Source: an uncultured archaeon (GTDB taxonomy: Archaea; Iainarchaeota; Iainarchaeia; Iainarchaeales; 1-14-0-10-31-34). Taken from it: a stretch of DNA of 64,000 bases. Where the stretch lies: positions 192,001-256,000 of the forward strand of contig CAZSOZ010000002.1 in NCBI GenBank assembly GCA_964608675.1, written 5' to 3'. Below, one piece after another: positions 36,208 to 46,263 of the stretch; within the stretch, counting starts at the first letter, position 1; every line of letters starts with the position of its first letter. The translations under genes were made by a program, and so were the position numbers. The notes under the pieces were generated by a model. It searched no databases, was not told the origin of the DNA, and was given only the letters and a program-made list of their open reading frames with translations.

Positions 36208-37704
36208 TTAAGATTTTTTTATCACTAAAACTTTGCCGGTAAAGCCGTTAGCACGAATTTCAGACAAAATCGAATTCATTCCCCATAAATAAGAAACTTT
36301 TTCTTCTACAACCAAATCAGTTGAATTTTCTTTAAAATTATCTTTTTTTTCAAGAACCTTTATTCCAAGAAAACTGTCTTTAATTAATTTGTTTGAATCA
36401 AATTCGTTGTTAAACCACAAAATTTTATATGCTTCAATTTCTTTTACAGGAGTTGACTGTTCCACATACAAATAAGAATTTTCGCTGAATTTTTTCTTTA
36501 AAATTAATTCCAATTCAGACATGCGAAAATTTCTTTCAGGTTTAATTAAAACAAAATAACTCCAGCCTGATTTATCAGAATAAATTATTTTGCCAAACTG
36601 TTCTGCTTCAAAATCAACTTTTTCTTTTTCTAGTTCTTCAGGAAGCCCGTAAACAAACAATCCTCCTTCTGCTTTTTCTTCCTGAAAAGAATAAATAAAA
36701 TAATTCGGCTGTATTTCCCTGCCAAAAGAAAAATCAAGAAACTGGGAAGCCGACAAAACAAAAGAAGCCAACAAAATTAATGCAAGAACTGCATTCAAAA
36801 AAGAAAAAGAAAGTTTGCCAAGTTTTTTTTCAATAAAAAAATAGTAAGCCAAACCAAAAAACAAAATCATAGAAGATGCATAAAAATTATTTCCAATTTC
36901 CAAAGGAAGAATTACATCAGCAAAACCAATAAAGCTTATTACAAACAAAGGAAGCAAAGTCGCAATCGAATGATTTTTTAAAGACAAATAATTCCTTGAA
37001 AAAAACAATGCAAGAAAGAATACAGCCATCATTGCTGCACCAGAAGCAATTCCTCCATCCAAAACAGAAATTAATACTGCAAGAAAGCCTGCAAGAAATA
37101 CAAGGAAATCAAACAAAGAGATTTCTTTTAATTTAGAGTTAATGTAAAGCAAAGCAGAAAAGAAAACAATTAATTCAATTAAAAGATAAAAGACAGCCCA
37201 CAAACCAGCATCGGGAATAAAAGAATACCATGGAAAACCATTGTCATAATTCCCCCCAAAATTGGCTCCTAAATTTTTTTCCAATACATACAACGAAGCC
37301 TTGGGAAAATGATTATGGCTTAACTTTGAAGCCTGCCAGCTGATTCTTTCATTATTTTCTGCAATTGTAGCAAACGGCCCCAAAGAATTAAATTCCATTG
37401 AAATCAAGCCAAACTGAATTAAACCCAAAGCATAGCCTAAAAAAGCAAAAAACAAAAAAACACGCAGAAATGTTTTTGAATAAACTTTAAGTTTTTCAGT
37501 TAAATTAAATTTCAAAAACAAAAAAGAAATTAAAGGCAACAAAAAAAACCATAAAAGCATTACAAAAGTTTTTCCAGTTGAATTTCCTTCAAAAACCGCC
37601 TGGCTTAATCCATGCAATAAAAGCATGAAAAAATCAATTAAAATTGCAAGTAAAGCAAAAACCACAGTAAAAGCTGAAAACAACAAAAGAATTTTTTTAT
37701 TCAT
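36208..37704 (-). CDS. Multi-pass membrane protein of unknown function
   Basis: About 9 TM segments followed by a soluble C-terminal domain. Confidence 0.7.
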   Translation of the reverse strand: MNKKILLLFSAFTVVFALLAILIDFFMLLLHGLSQAVFEGNSTGKTFVMLLWFFLLPLISFLFLKFNLTEKLKVYSKTFLRVFLFFAFLGYALGLIQFGLISMEFNSLGPFATIAENNERISWQASKLSHNHFPKASLYVLEKNLGANFGGNYDNGFPWYSFIPDAGLWAVFYLLIELIVFFSALLYINSKLKEISLFDFLVFLAGFLAVLISVLDGGIASGAAMMAVFFLALFFSRNYLSLKNHSIATLLPLFVISFIGFADVILPLEIGNNFYASSMILFFGLAYYFFIEKKLGKLSFSFLNAVLALILLASFVLSASQFLDFSFGREIQPNYFIYSFQEEKAEGGLFVYGLPEELEKEKVDFEAEQFGKIIYSDKSGWSYFVLIKPERNFRMSELELILKKKFSENSYLYVEQSTPVKEIEAYKILWFNNEFDSNKLIKDSFLGIKVLEKKDNFKENSTDLVVEEKVSYLWGMNSILSEIRANGFTGKVLVIKKS

Positions 37705-37776
37705 TTAAATACCCAAGTAATTAAAACAAGATAAAATTAAATAGATATTCTGTATTAATAAATTTGGTGGGATTAA

Positions 37777-38466
37777 ATGATTAATGAAAAAGTTCAGTTA
37801 AGAGAAGCAATAAAAAAAACTGAAAGCAGTTTATATAAAATTTCCAATCAATTTGAAGAAACAGAAAAAACAATTCAAATGTTAAAAGAAATTTACAGTA
37901 ATATTCTTTTAATGGAAAAAATAACCGAAGAAAATCCTTCTCTGAATTCAACTGCAACAAATGCAATAAAAGAAAAAAAACTGGTTTCTTTACACAAAAA
38001 AATGCAGGAAAAATTTGAAAAAATAAAACAGCAAATTAATTCATTTGAAGATAAAAGCATGAGAGCACAGCTTTTTCTGGAAAACTTCAGGACTGCAAGA
38101 ACATATGAATTCAAAGACACGAATTCAATGGCAGAATTCGTAAAAGAAGCTTATCCATTATTTTCTATTTCAAGAATTACATTCAAGCCGGAATTCATTG
38201 GAACCGTTGACCTAAAAAAAATAGCAGAAGAAATCAAAGAAGAACCCAAAGGAAACCAAATGATTCAAATTCCAACAGAAAAACTTCCAGAACTAATTGA
38301 ATTAATAGAAAAAAAAGGATTATTCAAAAACGCAAAACTTGAAAACGAACTCCTCAAAGTTTTCTTAAAAGGGAACACAGAAGTAGTAGTTGATTCAGAC
38401 AACACAAGAATAAGAAGACTGGACAGGTTATGCAAGCAATATGATGGGGAATGCAAAGAAGACTAA
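37777..38466 (+). CDS. Hypothetical protein with coiled-coil N-terminus
   Basis: 229-aa ORF, GGTGG RBS-like motif, typical codon bias. Confidence 0.65.
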   Translation: MINEKVQLREAIKKTESSLYKISNQFEETEKTIQMLKEIYSNILLMEKITEENPSLNSTATNAIKEKKLVSLHKKMQEKFEKIKQQINSFEDKSMRAQLFLENFRTARTYEFKDTNSMAEFVKEAYPLFSISRITFKPEFIGTVDLKKIAEEIKEEPKGNQMIQIPTEKLPELIELIEKKGLFKNAKLENELLKVFLKGNTEVVVDSDNTRIRRLDRLCKQYDGECKED

Positions 38467-38544
38467 ACAAAACTTTTAGAAAAAGTTTTATCAAAAGAGG
38501 ATTGAACCAAAAAAATAAAAACCAATAAAGCAAGTGATTTATTT

Positions 38545-39414
38545 ATGAAAAGAGAAAGAATAAACAAAGGCCTGGCAAAAATGTTCAAAGGCGGATGCAT
38601 AATGGATGTAACCAACGCCAAACAAGCCAAAATTGCAGAAAAATCCGGAGCCGTATCAGTAATGGCATTAGAAAGAATTCCTGCTGACATAAGAAAAGAC
38701 GGAGGAATAGCAAGAATGTCAGACCCTGCACTAATAAAAGAAATAATGAAAACAGTTTCAATTCCGGTAATGGCAAAAGTCAGGATAGGGCACTTTGGAG
38801 AAGCACAAATTCTAGAGTCATTAGGAGTGGATTTTATTGATGAATCAGAAGTATTGACTCCAGCAGACCAAGAATTTCACATAGACAAAAAAAAATTTAA
38901 CACTCCATTTGTTTGCGGAGCAATAGATTTAGGTCAGGCTTTAAGAAGAATAAATGAAGGAGCTTCAATGATTAGAACAAAAGGAGAAGCAGGAACAGGA
39001 AACATAATAGAAGCAGTCAAACACATCAGAACAATTAACAGAGAAATAAAAGAACTAAAAGAAAAAGATTCAGACAGACAGAAAATTTGGGCAAGACAGC
39101 AAAAAATTCCTTTTCCATTATTAGAAGAAACACTAAAAAAAGAAAGAATTCCTGTTGTGAATTTTGCTGCAGGAGGAATATCCACTCCAGCAGACGTAAG
39201 TTTGGTAATGCAGTTAGGAGTAGAAGGAGTATTCGTAGGTTCAGGAATCTTCAAGTCAAGCAATCCACTAAAATTAGCTAAAGCAATAGTTCAAGCCACA
39301 ACATACTTTGATGACCCAAACAAACTGGCAAAAGCTTCATTTAATTTAGGGAAAGCAATGAAAGGAAACGAATTAAGTGAACTAAAAGAAAGATACGCCA
39401 AACGCGGAAAATAA
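38545..39414 (+). CDS. pdxS: PLP synthase subunit PdxS
   Basis: [53 protein letters not shown]. Confidence 0.97.
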   Translation: MKRERINKGLAKMFKGGCIMDVTNAKQAKIAEKSGAVSVMALERIPADIRKDGGIARMSDPALIKEIMKTVSIPVMAKVRIGHFGEAQILESLGVDFIDESEVLTPADQEFHIDKKKFNTPFVCGAIDLGQALRRINEGASMIRTKGEAGTGNIIEAVKHIRTINREIKELKEKDSDRQKIWARQQKIPFPLLEETLKKERIPVVNFAAGGISTPADVSLVMQLGVEGVFVGSGIFKSSNPLKLAKAIVQATTYFDDPNKLAKASFNLGKAMKGNELSELKERYAKRGK

Positions 39415-39428
39415 AAAAAAGTGATTTA

Positions 39429-39992
39429 ATGCTGATTGGAATTCTTGCATTACAAGGAGATTTTGCTGAACACAAAAAAATCCTGGATAAACTAAAAGTT
39501 GAAAACATCTTTGTAAAGACAAAAGAAGATCTAAAAAAAATTGACGGATTGATTTTACCAGGCGGAGAATCAACCACAATAGGCAAAATGTTAAAAGAAA
39601 CAGGAATAGGAAAACAAATTATTTCAAAATTCAAGAAAAACAAATTAGCTGTTTTTGGAACCTGTGCAGGCGCAATCTTGTTGTCAAAAAAAGTGATTGG
39701 AAACAAAGTTTTTTCCCTTGGATTACTGGATGCTGAAATTGAAAGGAATTCTTATGGAACACAAAAAGATTCTTTTGAAGAAAAAATTCAAACTGAATTT
39801 GGAGAATTAACTGCTTCTTTTATTAGGGCGCCAAAGTTTAAAAAACTAGGAAAAAAGACAAGGGTTCTTGGAAAAATAAAAAAACAGCCAGTGATTGTAC
39901 AACAAAAAAAAATTCTTGCTTCAACATGCCATCCGGAAATAACTTTGGACTCAAAATTGCATGAATATTTTTTGGGAATGATTAAAACTTAA
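39429..39992 (+). CDS. pdxT: PLP synthase glutaminase subunit PdxT
   Basis: LALQGDF, LPGGEST, GTCAG, FIRAP, HPE. Confidence 0.96.
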   Translation: MLIGILALQGDFAEHKKILDKLKVENIFVKTKEDLKKIDGLILPGGESTTIGKMLKETGIGKQIISKFKKNKLAVFGTCAGAILLSKKVIGNKVFSLGLLDAEIERNSYGTQKDSFEEKIQTEFGELTASFIRAPKFKKLGKKTRVLGKIKKQPVIVQQKKILASTCHPEITLDSKLHEYFLGMIKT

Positions 39993-40770
39993 TCCATACA
40001 CAAACTTGAAGAAGTTTCTTCTAATACTTCAACTTTATTTTTCCATGGATCAATATTAAAAGAAAGCAAATATACTTGTTGACAACCCCTCTCCTCTTTA
40101 ATTTCAGAATGAATTATTGCTCCAATAACATCATCAGATATTCCTTCTTCAGGGTTTTTTATTTTCCAGCCAACCAAACCATACCTAGAATTTGAGTATT
40201 CTTGTTTAAATTCGATTAATTCTTCATTTTTTTCTAAAAGTTCTAAAGATTTTTCAGCTAATTCATCTGGAACATCATAACCCGCTGATTGATGCCAAGT
40301 GTCTAATTTAAAAGAGCGTGTTTCTGGATCAAAATCTAAATAAAAAGAAAAATCATCAAAGCCTGTATTAGAATAATCCCGTAATGGACTGTGCTTTAAA
40401 GAAAGATCAAAATTTCCTAAAGTTTTTTCTCCAGTATAAGCTCTCACATAAACTGTTATCCTGTTTTCTATAGAAGCAACAGGGCTAATATTAACCATTT
40501 CAACATGTTTATACTGATAACCTTTAATAGCTCTAACATAAGGCTGAATTATCTTCAATAAATCTTCAGTTTCTTTTTCGTTTAATTCTGGAGGAAAAGT
40601 TCCCTTATAAGTGGTAACCTTAAAAAAATTTACTTTTTCTTTTAAAAGAGTCAAGGAGTTTGCTTAATTTCTTCTGATAGCCCTAAACCTTGATTTTTAT
40701 CCTGTTTAATAATATCAGTACAACCAAAAAGAAAAAAAATTAAAAAAACTAAAACAAAAAATTTTTTCAT
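39989..40770 (-). pseudogene. Frameshifted lipoprotein gene (signal-peptide ORF 40651..40770 plus body ORF 39989..40654)
   Basis: Upstream frame MKKFFVLVFLIFFLFGCTDIIKQDKNQGLGLSEEIKQTP* stops at 40651-40653; the body continues in another frame with only a TTG start. Confidence 0.6.
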
Positions 40771-40776
40771 TTCAAA

Positions 40777-42072
40777 TCACTCAGTGAAAGCAGAAGCAGT
40801 TACGCCTCCGTCCCAGGAAAATCTAGGTCTAATCTTAACCATCCACAAATTCTCTGTATTGTCGTCAAGTATGAGTGCAAAGCCTTTTGAGCGAGGCATT
40901 TCTTGATAATACCTGTCAAAGTTTTGATGCATGTAAGAAGGCCTTAAAGCAGAAACAGCCTCAATGTCTGGCTGGGAAGTCATTCTGTGGCTAATGAAAA
41001 GGTCACACTGGGAAATGGAATCAGGATGCAATTTGTTCGGCCTCTGGGTAGCAAGAACTAAACTTAGGCCAGGCTGTCTTCCAACTCGAACCCATTCAAG
41101 CAGGACTTTGAGAGCAATACTTTCACGGTCTTTTGGCATAAACATATGAGCTTCATCAATCAGCATCCAGACAATAGGCATATCTGATTCTTTTTTTTCT
41201 CCTTCAATTAACTTTATTTCTTCTTCTTTTCTATACAGCATTCTTTCTTCAAATAATTTTTTTCCAAGCAAAGCAACAATGATTTCTCTTGTGCCTTCCA
41301 TTCCAATTGCCTGCCTGTAAGCAGAAACATCAATAATAGTTATTTTTCCTGGTTCAGCTAAATCCTTGATTTTGGTTCCTTCTTTTTCAAACAAGCCCCA
41401 AGATTTTGCTACTTTTAATCTTCCAATAACTGCGTCCTTTGTTTTTTTGTCTGCATCCTTGTCTAATTTAACTGCATCAATTAATTTCTTGAAGCCATAC
41501 AATGTTCCAAGCTTTTCTTTTACTTCCTCAATTATTCTTGAAAGAAGAACTCCTTCTGGTTCCTTCCATGAAAGATTAAATAACGCAAGCCATTCTTCTG
41601 CTTCCAGTTCTGAAACCTTTAAAGTAAAAGGGCCATCCACAGGAATCTTTTTTTCTTTATAGAAATCAATTTTTCCTTTTGGAACCAAAACTCTTGCATC
41701 AGTTTTATCCGGAGTCAAATCCCAATTAAATAATTCAGCTTTTTCTTCTTTGTTTGGAATCTTTAAAGTCCAAAAAATTCCCACAGTATCAATTGCAATA
41801 ACTGAAATTCTTTTTCTAACACTGATTGGAAGCCTTGCAAATTCTTCTAACATTACAGATAGAGTATATGACTTTCCGCCTCCGCGCTTTCCGCAAATTA
41901 AAACTACATGAGGTTTGGCTACATCCATTAAAATTTTTCTTCCCAAAACAGGGTTTTCCCCTGAACTCATTACAACTTTGCCGATATAAGCAGTGCCTTT
42001 TTCTTTATATTTTTCTAAATCATGAAGGCTTCTTCCAATAACCGTTTTTTTTTCACTTAAATCCAAAGCCAT
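40777..42072 (-). CDS. HerA/FtsK-like (DUF87) ATPase
   Basis: PHVVLICGKRGGGKSY Walker A, LIDEAH Walker B, RVGRQPG, LATQRP; start at MALDL. Confidence 0.88.
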   Translation of the reverse strand: MALDLSEKKTVIGRSLHDLEKYKEKGTAYIGKVVMSSGENPVLGRKILMDVAKPHVVLICGKRGGGKSYTLSVMLEEFARLPISVRKRISVIAIDTVGIFWTLKIPNKEEKAELFNWDLTPDKTDARVLVPKGKIDFYKEKKIPVDGPFTLKVSELEAEEWLALFNLSWKEPEGVLLSRIIEEVKEKLGTLYGFKKLIDAVKLDKDADKKTKDAVIGRLKVAKSWGLFEKEGTKIKDLAEPGKITIIDVSAYRQAIGMEGTREIIVALLGKKLFEERMLYRKEEEIKLIEGEKKESDMPIVWMLIDEAHMFMPKDRESIALKVLLEWVRVGRQPGLSLVLATQRPNKLHPDSISQCDLFISHRMTSQPDIEAVSALRPSYMHQNFDRYYQEMPRSKGFALILDDNTENLWMVKIRPRFSWDGGVTASAFTE

Positions 42073-42279
42073 AAATCTCAATAATACAACACAAAACACA
42101 ATTAAATAGTTTGCGTTTTTAATTGGATTATATAAAAAAAATATTGTTAACTCTTTATATTCAAAAAACCTATTTAAACACAAAAACTTAATTTAAAGTT
42201 TTTAGACAACACTGTTTTAGTTTTTTTGTTTTAAAAACTTCCAAAAACCAATAAAAATAGTTTTAAACAAAAAAATATT

Positions 42280-42852
42280 ATGGAATACATTATAATTGAC
42301 ACTGAAACCTGTCCGGTGAAACTGGAAAAATATTTAGAATTAAGCGAAACAGACAGAAAAAAATTATTGAATCCAATTGACTCAAAAGTGTTTGCAGTCG
42401 GTTTAAGATATAATTCAAAAAATATAGTTATTCAAAACAACAACGAAAAAGTAATGCTGGAAGAATTCTGGAAAGAACTTGAAAACTTTATCGGCAAAAA
42501 CTTAAACAAAAAAATTGCAGGATTTAATATAAAAGATTTTGATTTGCCTTTTCTGGTTACAAGAAGCTTCATTAATAACGTAAAGGTTTTCCCATTTAAA
42601 CTAAAAGAAATAATTGATTTAAGAGAAAAAGTTTCAGCTTTCAGGTACGGATTTACAAGAGGAAAACTAAAAGAATTCGGAAAAGCATTAGAAATTGAAC
42701 TGCCTGAAATGAATGGAAGCATGGTTGCAGAAGAATGCATTAAAGGAAACACAGAAAAAATCAAAGAATACTTAAACAAGGACTTGGAAATAACAGAAAA
42801 AATGCTTAAAAGAATAATTGAAACAAACATAATTGAAATAGAAAGATGGTAG
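42280..42852 (+). CDS. Stand-alone DEDD 3'-5' exonuclease (PolB-exo/RNase H-like)
   Basis: IDTET (ExoI), GFNIKDFDLPFL (ExoII), YLNKDL (ExoIII). Confidence 0.85.
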   Translation: MEYIIIDTETCPVKLEKYLELSETDRKKLLNPIDSKVFAVGLRYNSKNIVIQNNNEKVMLEEFWKELENFIGKNLNKKIAGFNIKDFDLPFLVTRSFINNVKVFPFKLKEIIDLREKVSAFRYGFTRGKLKEFGKALEIELPEMNGSMVAEECIKGNTEKIKEYLNKDLEITEKMLKRIIETNIIEIERW

Positions 42853-42869
42853 CCTAAAGCAATGCCAAA

Positions 42870-43946
42870 TTAAAAAAAGACATTGAATAAATAACCCAAA
42901 ACAAGAATTTGAGGCACAGTAATTAAAGGAACAAAAAAAGCAGTTCTTTTTCCAATGTTGCTGTACAACAATCCAATCTCAGTGTAATCAGTTGCAACTC
43001 CAGCCATCAAAAAAACAAAACTGTTTCCAAAAGCTCCTGTCTGATTAAAGATTTCAAAAGCCAAGGGAGCAGTTCCCTCACTGCACACTTCAATTATTGT
43101 TGCAAGAATCAAAGTAATGAACAACCCAAAAATGGTCGCGCCCAAATAAGCTGAAAACATTTCATGAGAAATATAAGCTCTTGCAAGGCTGGCGAAAAAC
43201 ATTCCAATCAAAATCCACCATAAAACCATTTTAGTTAACCTCCAGCTTCCCTTTAAAATTCCAATAAAAGTTTTTTTTAAAGCAGAAAAAGAAAAAGAAT
43301 AATTCTGAAACCTTTGCTTTACATCCTTCCTAATAGAAAAAATTTTATCTTCTTTAACCTGCCTGCTTGGTTCAATTAAATTTTTTCTGTCAAGAGCCTG
43401 AAAAACTAATCCAGTAATAACTGCAATAATAACAGCAGAAACAATAATGAAAAAAGCCTTAACACCAAAAAACCCAAACAATAAAATTGTTATCGGCAAA
43501 TTTGCCCAAGGAGAAGCAATCAAAAAAGCAATAACAGAAGGAATTGAAGCTCCCTTTTTATATAATTCAATTGCAATAGCAAGAATTCCATGAGAACACG
43601 CAGACATCAAAAAACCAAAAATAACTGAATAAAAAATAGTTCTCTTCTTTTTTTTAGATAAAAATTTTTGAATGTATTGCTCAGGAACAAGATAATCAAT
43701 TACTCCTCCTAAAAAAAAACCTAAAAGCAAAGCCCACCAAATTAAATCCAAATAATCAACAAAAGCAGTTAAAACTGGATTCAAAAAAGAAACAAAAAAA
43801 GAAATTACAAGAAAAATTCCAATAAATAAACTAACCAAAAAAAGCTTTTCCTTGTACCATTTTTTTTGAGGTTCAGCACAATGAATGCATTTTTCTTCAC
43901 TTTCTTTTTGTAAATGATTATGTTCATAGTCAAGTCCATGTTTCAT
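42870..43946 (-). CDS. ArsP/DUF318-family permease
   Basis: SACSHG, AFLIASP, EVCSEG, FLMAG; His-rich N-terminus. Confidence 0.85.
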   Translation of the reverse strand: MKHGLDYEHNHLQKESEEKCIHCAEPQKKWYKEKLFLVSLFIGIFLVISFFVSFLNPVLTAFVDYLDLIWWALLLGFFLGGVIDYLVPEQYIQKFLSKKKKRTIFYSVIFGFLMSACSHGILAIAIELYKKGASIPSVIAFLIASPWANLPITILLFGFFGVKAFFIIVSAVIIAVITGLVFQALDRKNLIEPSRQVKEDKIFSIRKDVKQRFQNYSFSFSALKKTFIGILKGSWRLTKMVLWWILIGMFFASLARAYISHEMFSAYLGATIFGLFITLILATIIEVCSEGTAPLAFEIFNQTGAFGNSFVFLMAGVATDYTEIGLLYSNIGKRTAFFVPLITVPQILVLGYLFNVFF

Positions 43947-44262
43947 ATAAGGTTTACCTAAGAAAAGTATTAAAAGAATTAGTGGAAAAACGCTTTGCTA
44001 AAAAGCAAAGCGCTCCAAAGTTCTGCAAATTTTTAGGAAGTTTTTTTTCTTTTATGGCAAAGAAGGTTTTTTTGGTTTTTAATGAACCTTTTTTGAAAAA
44101 GGTTCTGGTATTGAAAGTAAAGGAAGTTAAGCAACTTTTTGGTTTTTTGATAAATCTTTTTTCTGAAAAAAGGTTTTGTGCCAAACTGAAAATTTTTTTT
44201 TAAAACTGGGGGGTTTTAATTAGTGATTTTACAGCTTGGCACAAATGGTGGGAGTAAACTCT

Positions 44263-44730
44263 TTATCTCTTGATAAAGTATAATACTTTTTTTCCTGACT
44301 GGGCTTTCTTTAGGTATCCTTCCTTAAACAATTTATTTAACCTCTGAGAGGCAGCATTAACTCCTTTGTAATCCAGTTTTGACTGAACTTCAGAGGCAGT
44401 GACTGCGTTTTTTTCTGAGATTAAATCCATTATTTTTTTGTCTTGTTCTGCAAGCAAAACAAAAGAATTTTCTTCTTTTACTTCAGAAGGAGAACCTGTT
44501 TTTAATTCCAGCATTATTTTGTCGTATTTTTCGTTGATGTCATTGAGTATTTTGTTTGTTGCTTCCCTTTCCTGTGCCAACTTAAATAACAGCATTGCAA
44601 CGAACATTGGGTCCTTGCTTTGCTGGAACACTTCATGAATGTCCATAGTAAGTTCATCGAATTTCGGAGAAAGCTTTTTTACGGTTTCCCTGCTTTTCAA
44701 TAACTCTTCAAACATGTCATGATTGTTCAT
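44263..44730 (-). CDS. Coiled-coil plus C-terminal winged-HTH protein
   Basis: VTASEVQSKLDYKGVNAASQRLNKL...G.KVLY. Confidence 0.7.
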   Translation of the reverse strand: MNNHDMFEELLKSRETVKKLSPKFDELTMDIHEVFQQSKDPMFVAMLLFKLAQEREATNKILNDINEKYDKIMLELKTGSPSEVKEENSFVLLAEQDKKIMDLISEKNAVTASEVQSKLDYKGVNAASQRLNKLFKEGYLKKAQSGKKVLYFIKR

Positions 44731-44897
44731 GTCATATCATGATAGCATCATGATATTTAAATACTTTTCGTTCGAGGAAATAAAACCAGCATTTATAAAG
44801 GAAAGTTATATATGCAAACCCAGAACCGGTTTTCTTCAAATTCCTTTCAATTATTTTTTAAGTCATGCTGTTCATTTTTTCTTCAAGCTCTCTTTCT

Positions 44898-45068
44898 TCA
44901 GTCATAAGTAAAAGCAGTCACTTCTCCGCCAGTTATTTCCTGAAAGCCTGCAACAAATTTTCCGCCAACCCCTCTTGTTCTACAAGTTATTCCTATAACC
45001 AAACCCAAATTTTTTACTATCTTATATTCATAGAGAATAGGCATAGTCACCATACAGATATCAACCAT
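44898..45068 (-). pseudogene. Truncated YbjQ/UPF0145-family gene
   Basis: Manual translation MVDICMVTMPILYEYKIVKNLGLVIGITCRTRGVGGKFVAGFQEITGGEVTAFTYD* matches the N-half of YbjQ (about 105 aa in intact members) and stops early. Confidence 0.7.
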
Positions 45069-45132
45069 AAAATCAGCTAAATAATAAAGCTTTCTTTATT
45101 TTAAATATTCCTCGTTTTACGTTATGTTTAAG

Positions 45133-45168
45133 CCATATATATAATTAAAACCAAAAACAACACTTTCA
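45133..45168. repeat. Left copy of 36-bp direct repeat flanking VapBC
   Basis: CCATATATATAATTAAAACCAAAAACAACACTTTCA; 33/36 identical to 45878..45913. Confidence 0.9.
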
Positions 45169-45579
45169 CAAAAATTCAACAAGTTGTTTTGTTGAATAAA
45201 CCTTGACTTTATTTTGTTTCTTGAAATGCTTGTCGTCAGACCAAATAGGAATATTTCCTAACTCAAGTGAAAGAGCAATAAAAACAACGTCATCAACATC
45301 AATTTCTTTCATTATTTTAAGTGCCTTATTAATTGAATTCTTTGAAATTTCTTCCTCAGAAAAAACCTTTATTTTAGACATCAATTTTTGCATTAACGAA
45401 TTAAATTCATCTTCATTAATTCTGGCTTTCTTTTTTATTAAGGGCTTGTATTTGACTACTTCCTTTAAACCAAATTCAACTGTAAAGAAAGAAAACTTCC
45501 TGCTTAAAAGAATTCTCCTGCTATACCCATCTTTAATCAAAGAGGCGATAATCCTGTTTGAGTCTGCAACTAGCTCCAT
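45166..45579 (-). CDS. PIN-domain toxin (VapC-like)
   Basis: LVADSN, E.., DVDDVVFIALS, IWSDDKHF acidic tetrad. Confidence 0.9.
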   Translation of the reverse strand: MELVADSNRIIASLIKDGYSRRILLSRKFSFFTVEFGLKEVVKYKPLIKKKARINEDEFNSLMQKLMSKIKVFSEEEISKNSINKALKIMKEIDVDDVVFIALSLELGNIPIWSDDKHFKKQNKVKVYSTKQLVEFL

Positions 45580-45809
45580 GAACCAAACCTTTTCTCAAAC
45601 CTTTTCCTGATTTCAGCCTTAATTTTATGCCCTATTTCTTCAGCATCCTTTTCAGTAAACTCGCTGTCCTTTAAAACCTTATCCATCCACTCCAGTTCTT
45701 CAACTCTTTTCTCAAAAGCTTCTCTTGCAACCTCGCTCCATCTCACTTCAGAATGCTTTTTCATTCTCTCCCTTAAAGGATTTGGAATAGCCAAAGTCAT
45801 ATTAGCCAT
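45570..45809 (-). CDS. RHH-type antitoxin (VapB-like)
   Basis: MANMTLAIP..L..RMKKHSEVRWSEVAR; GGTGG RBS; overlaps the PIN gene. Confidence 0.85.
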   Translation of the reverse strand: MANMTLAIPNPLRERMKKHSEVRWSEVAREAFEKRVEELEWMDKVLKDSEFTEKDAEEIGHKIKAEIRKRFEKRFGSWS

Positions 45810-45877
45810 AAAAATACCACCAAAATAATTATGTGAAAACACATATTTAAACATTTGGTTTGTTTTCAGAAAATCCT

Positions 45878-45913
45878 CCATATATATAATTAAAACCAAA
45901 ACCATTACTTTCA
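45878..45913. repeat. Right copy of 36-bp direct repeat flanking VapBC
   Basis: CCATATATATAATTAAAACCAAAACCATTACTTTCA. Confidence 0.9.
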
Positions 45914-45972
45914 TAAATATATTTTTCGGTTTAAAATTTCAATAAAAAGATAAATTATATAAATTTATATAA

Positions 45973-46263
45973 TTAGATTTTTGAAAGGAATTTTTCTAAA
46001 TCCCTGTAATTCTTTTTTCTTTCAAGAAGACACACAAGCAAAATGTTTGGTTCCAAAATAACATAAATTAATCTGGTTTCTTTTCCCTGAAGATTAAACC
46101 TGACTCGAAAAACTTTTCTGAAATGCCTTGAGCGAATTGCTTTAAACCTGAAAGGATCCTGTTTTATTAATTTGATTTTTTCTTTTATTTTTGCCTTGCT
46201 TTTCTCATCCAAAGCATTTACTTGCCTAATAAAAGTTCCCAAAGACTTAACCTGAAAAGTCAT
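45973..46263 (-). CDS. RelE/ParE-like toxin
   Basis: Small basic protein with F..QV..LD, I..IKQDPFRFK, VFRVRF, RLIY and R..NY. Confidence 0.75.
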   Translation of the reverse strand: MTFQVKSLGTFIRQVNALDEKSKAKIKEKIKLIKQDPFRFKAIRSRHFRKVFRVRFNLQGKETRLIYVILEPNILLVCLLERKKNYRDLEKFLSKI

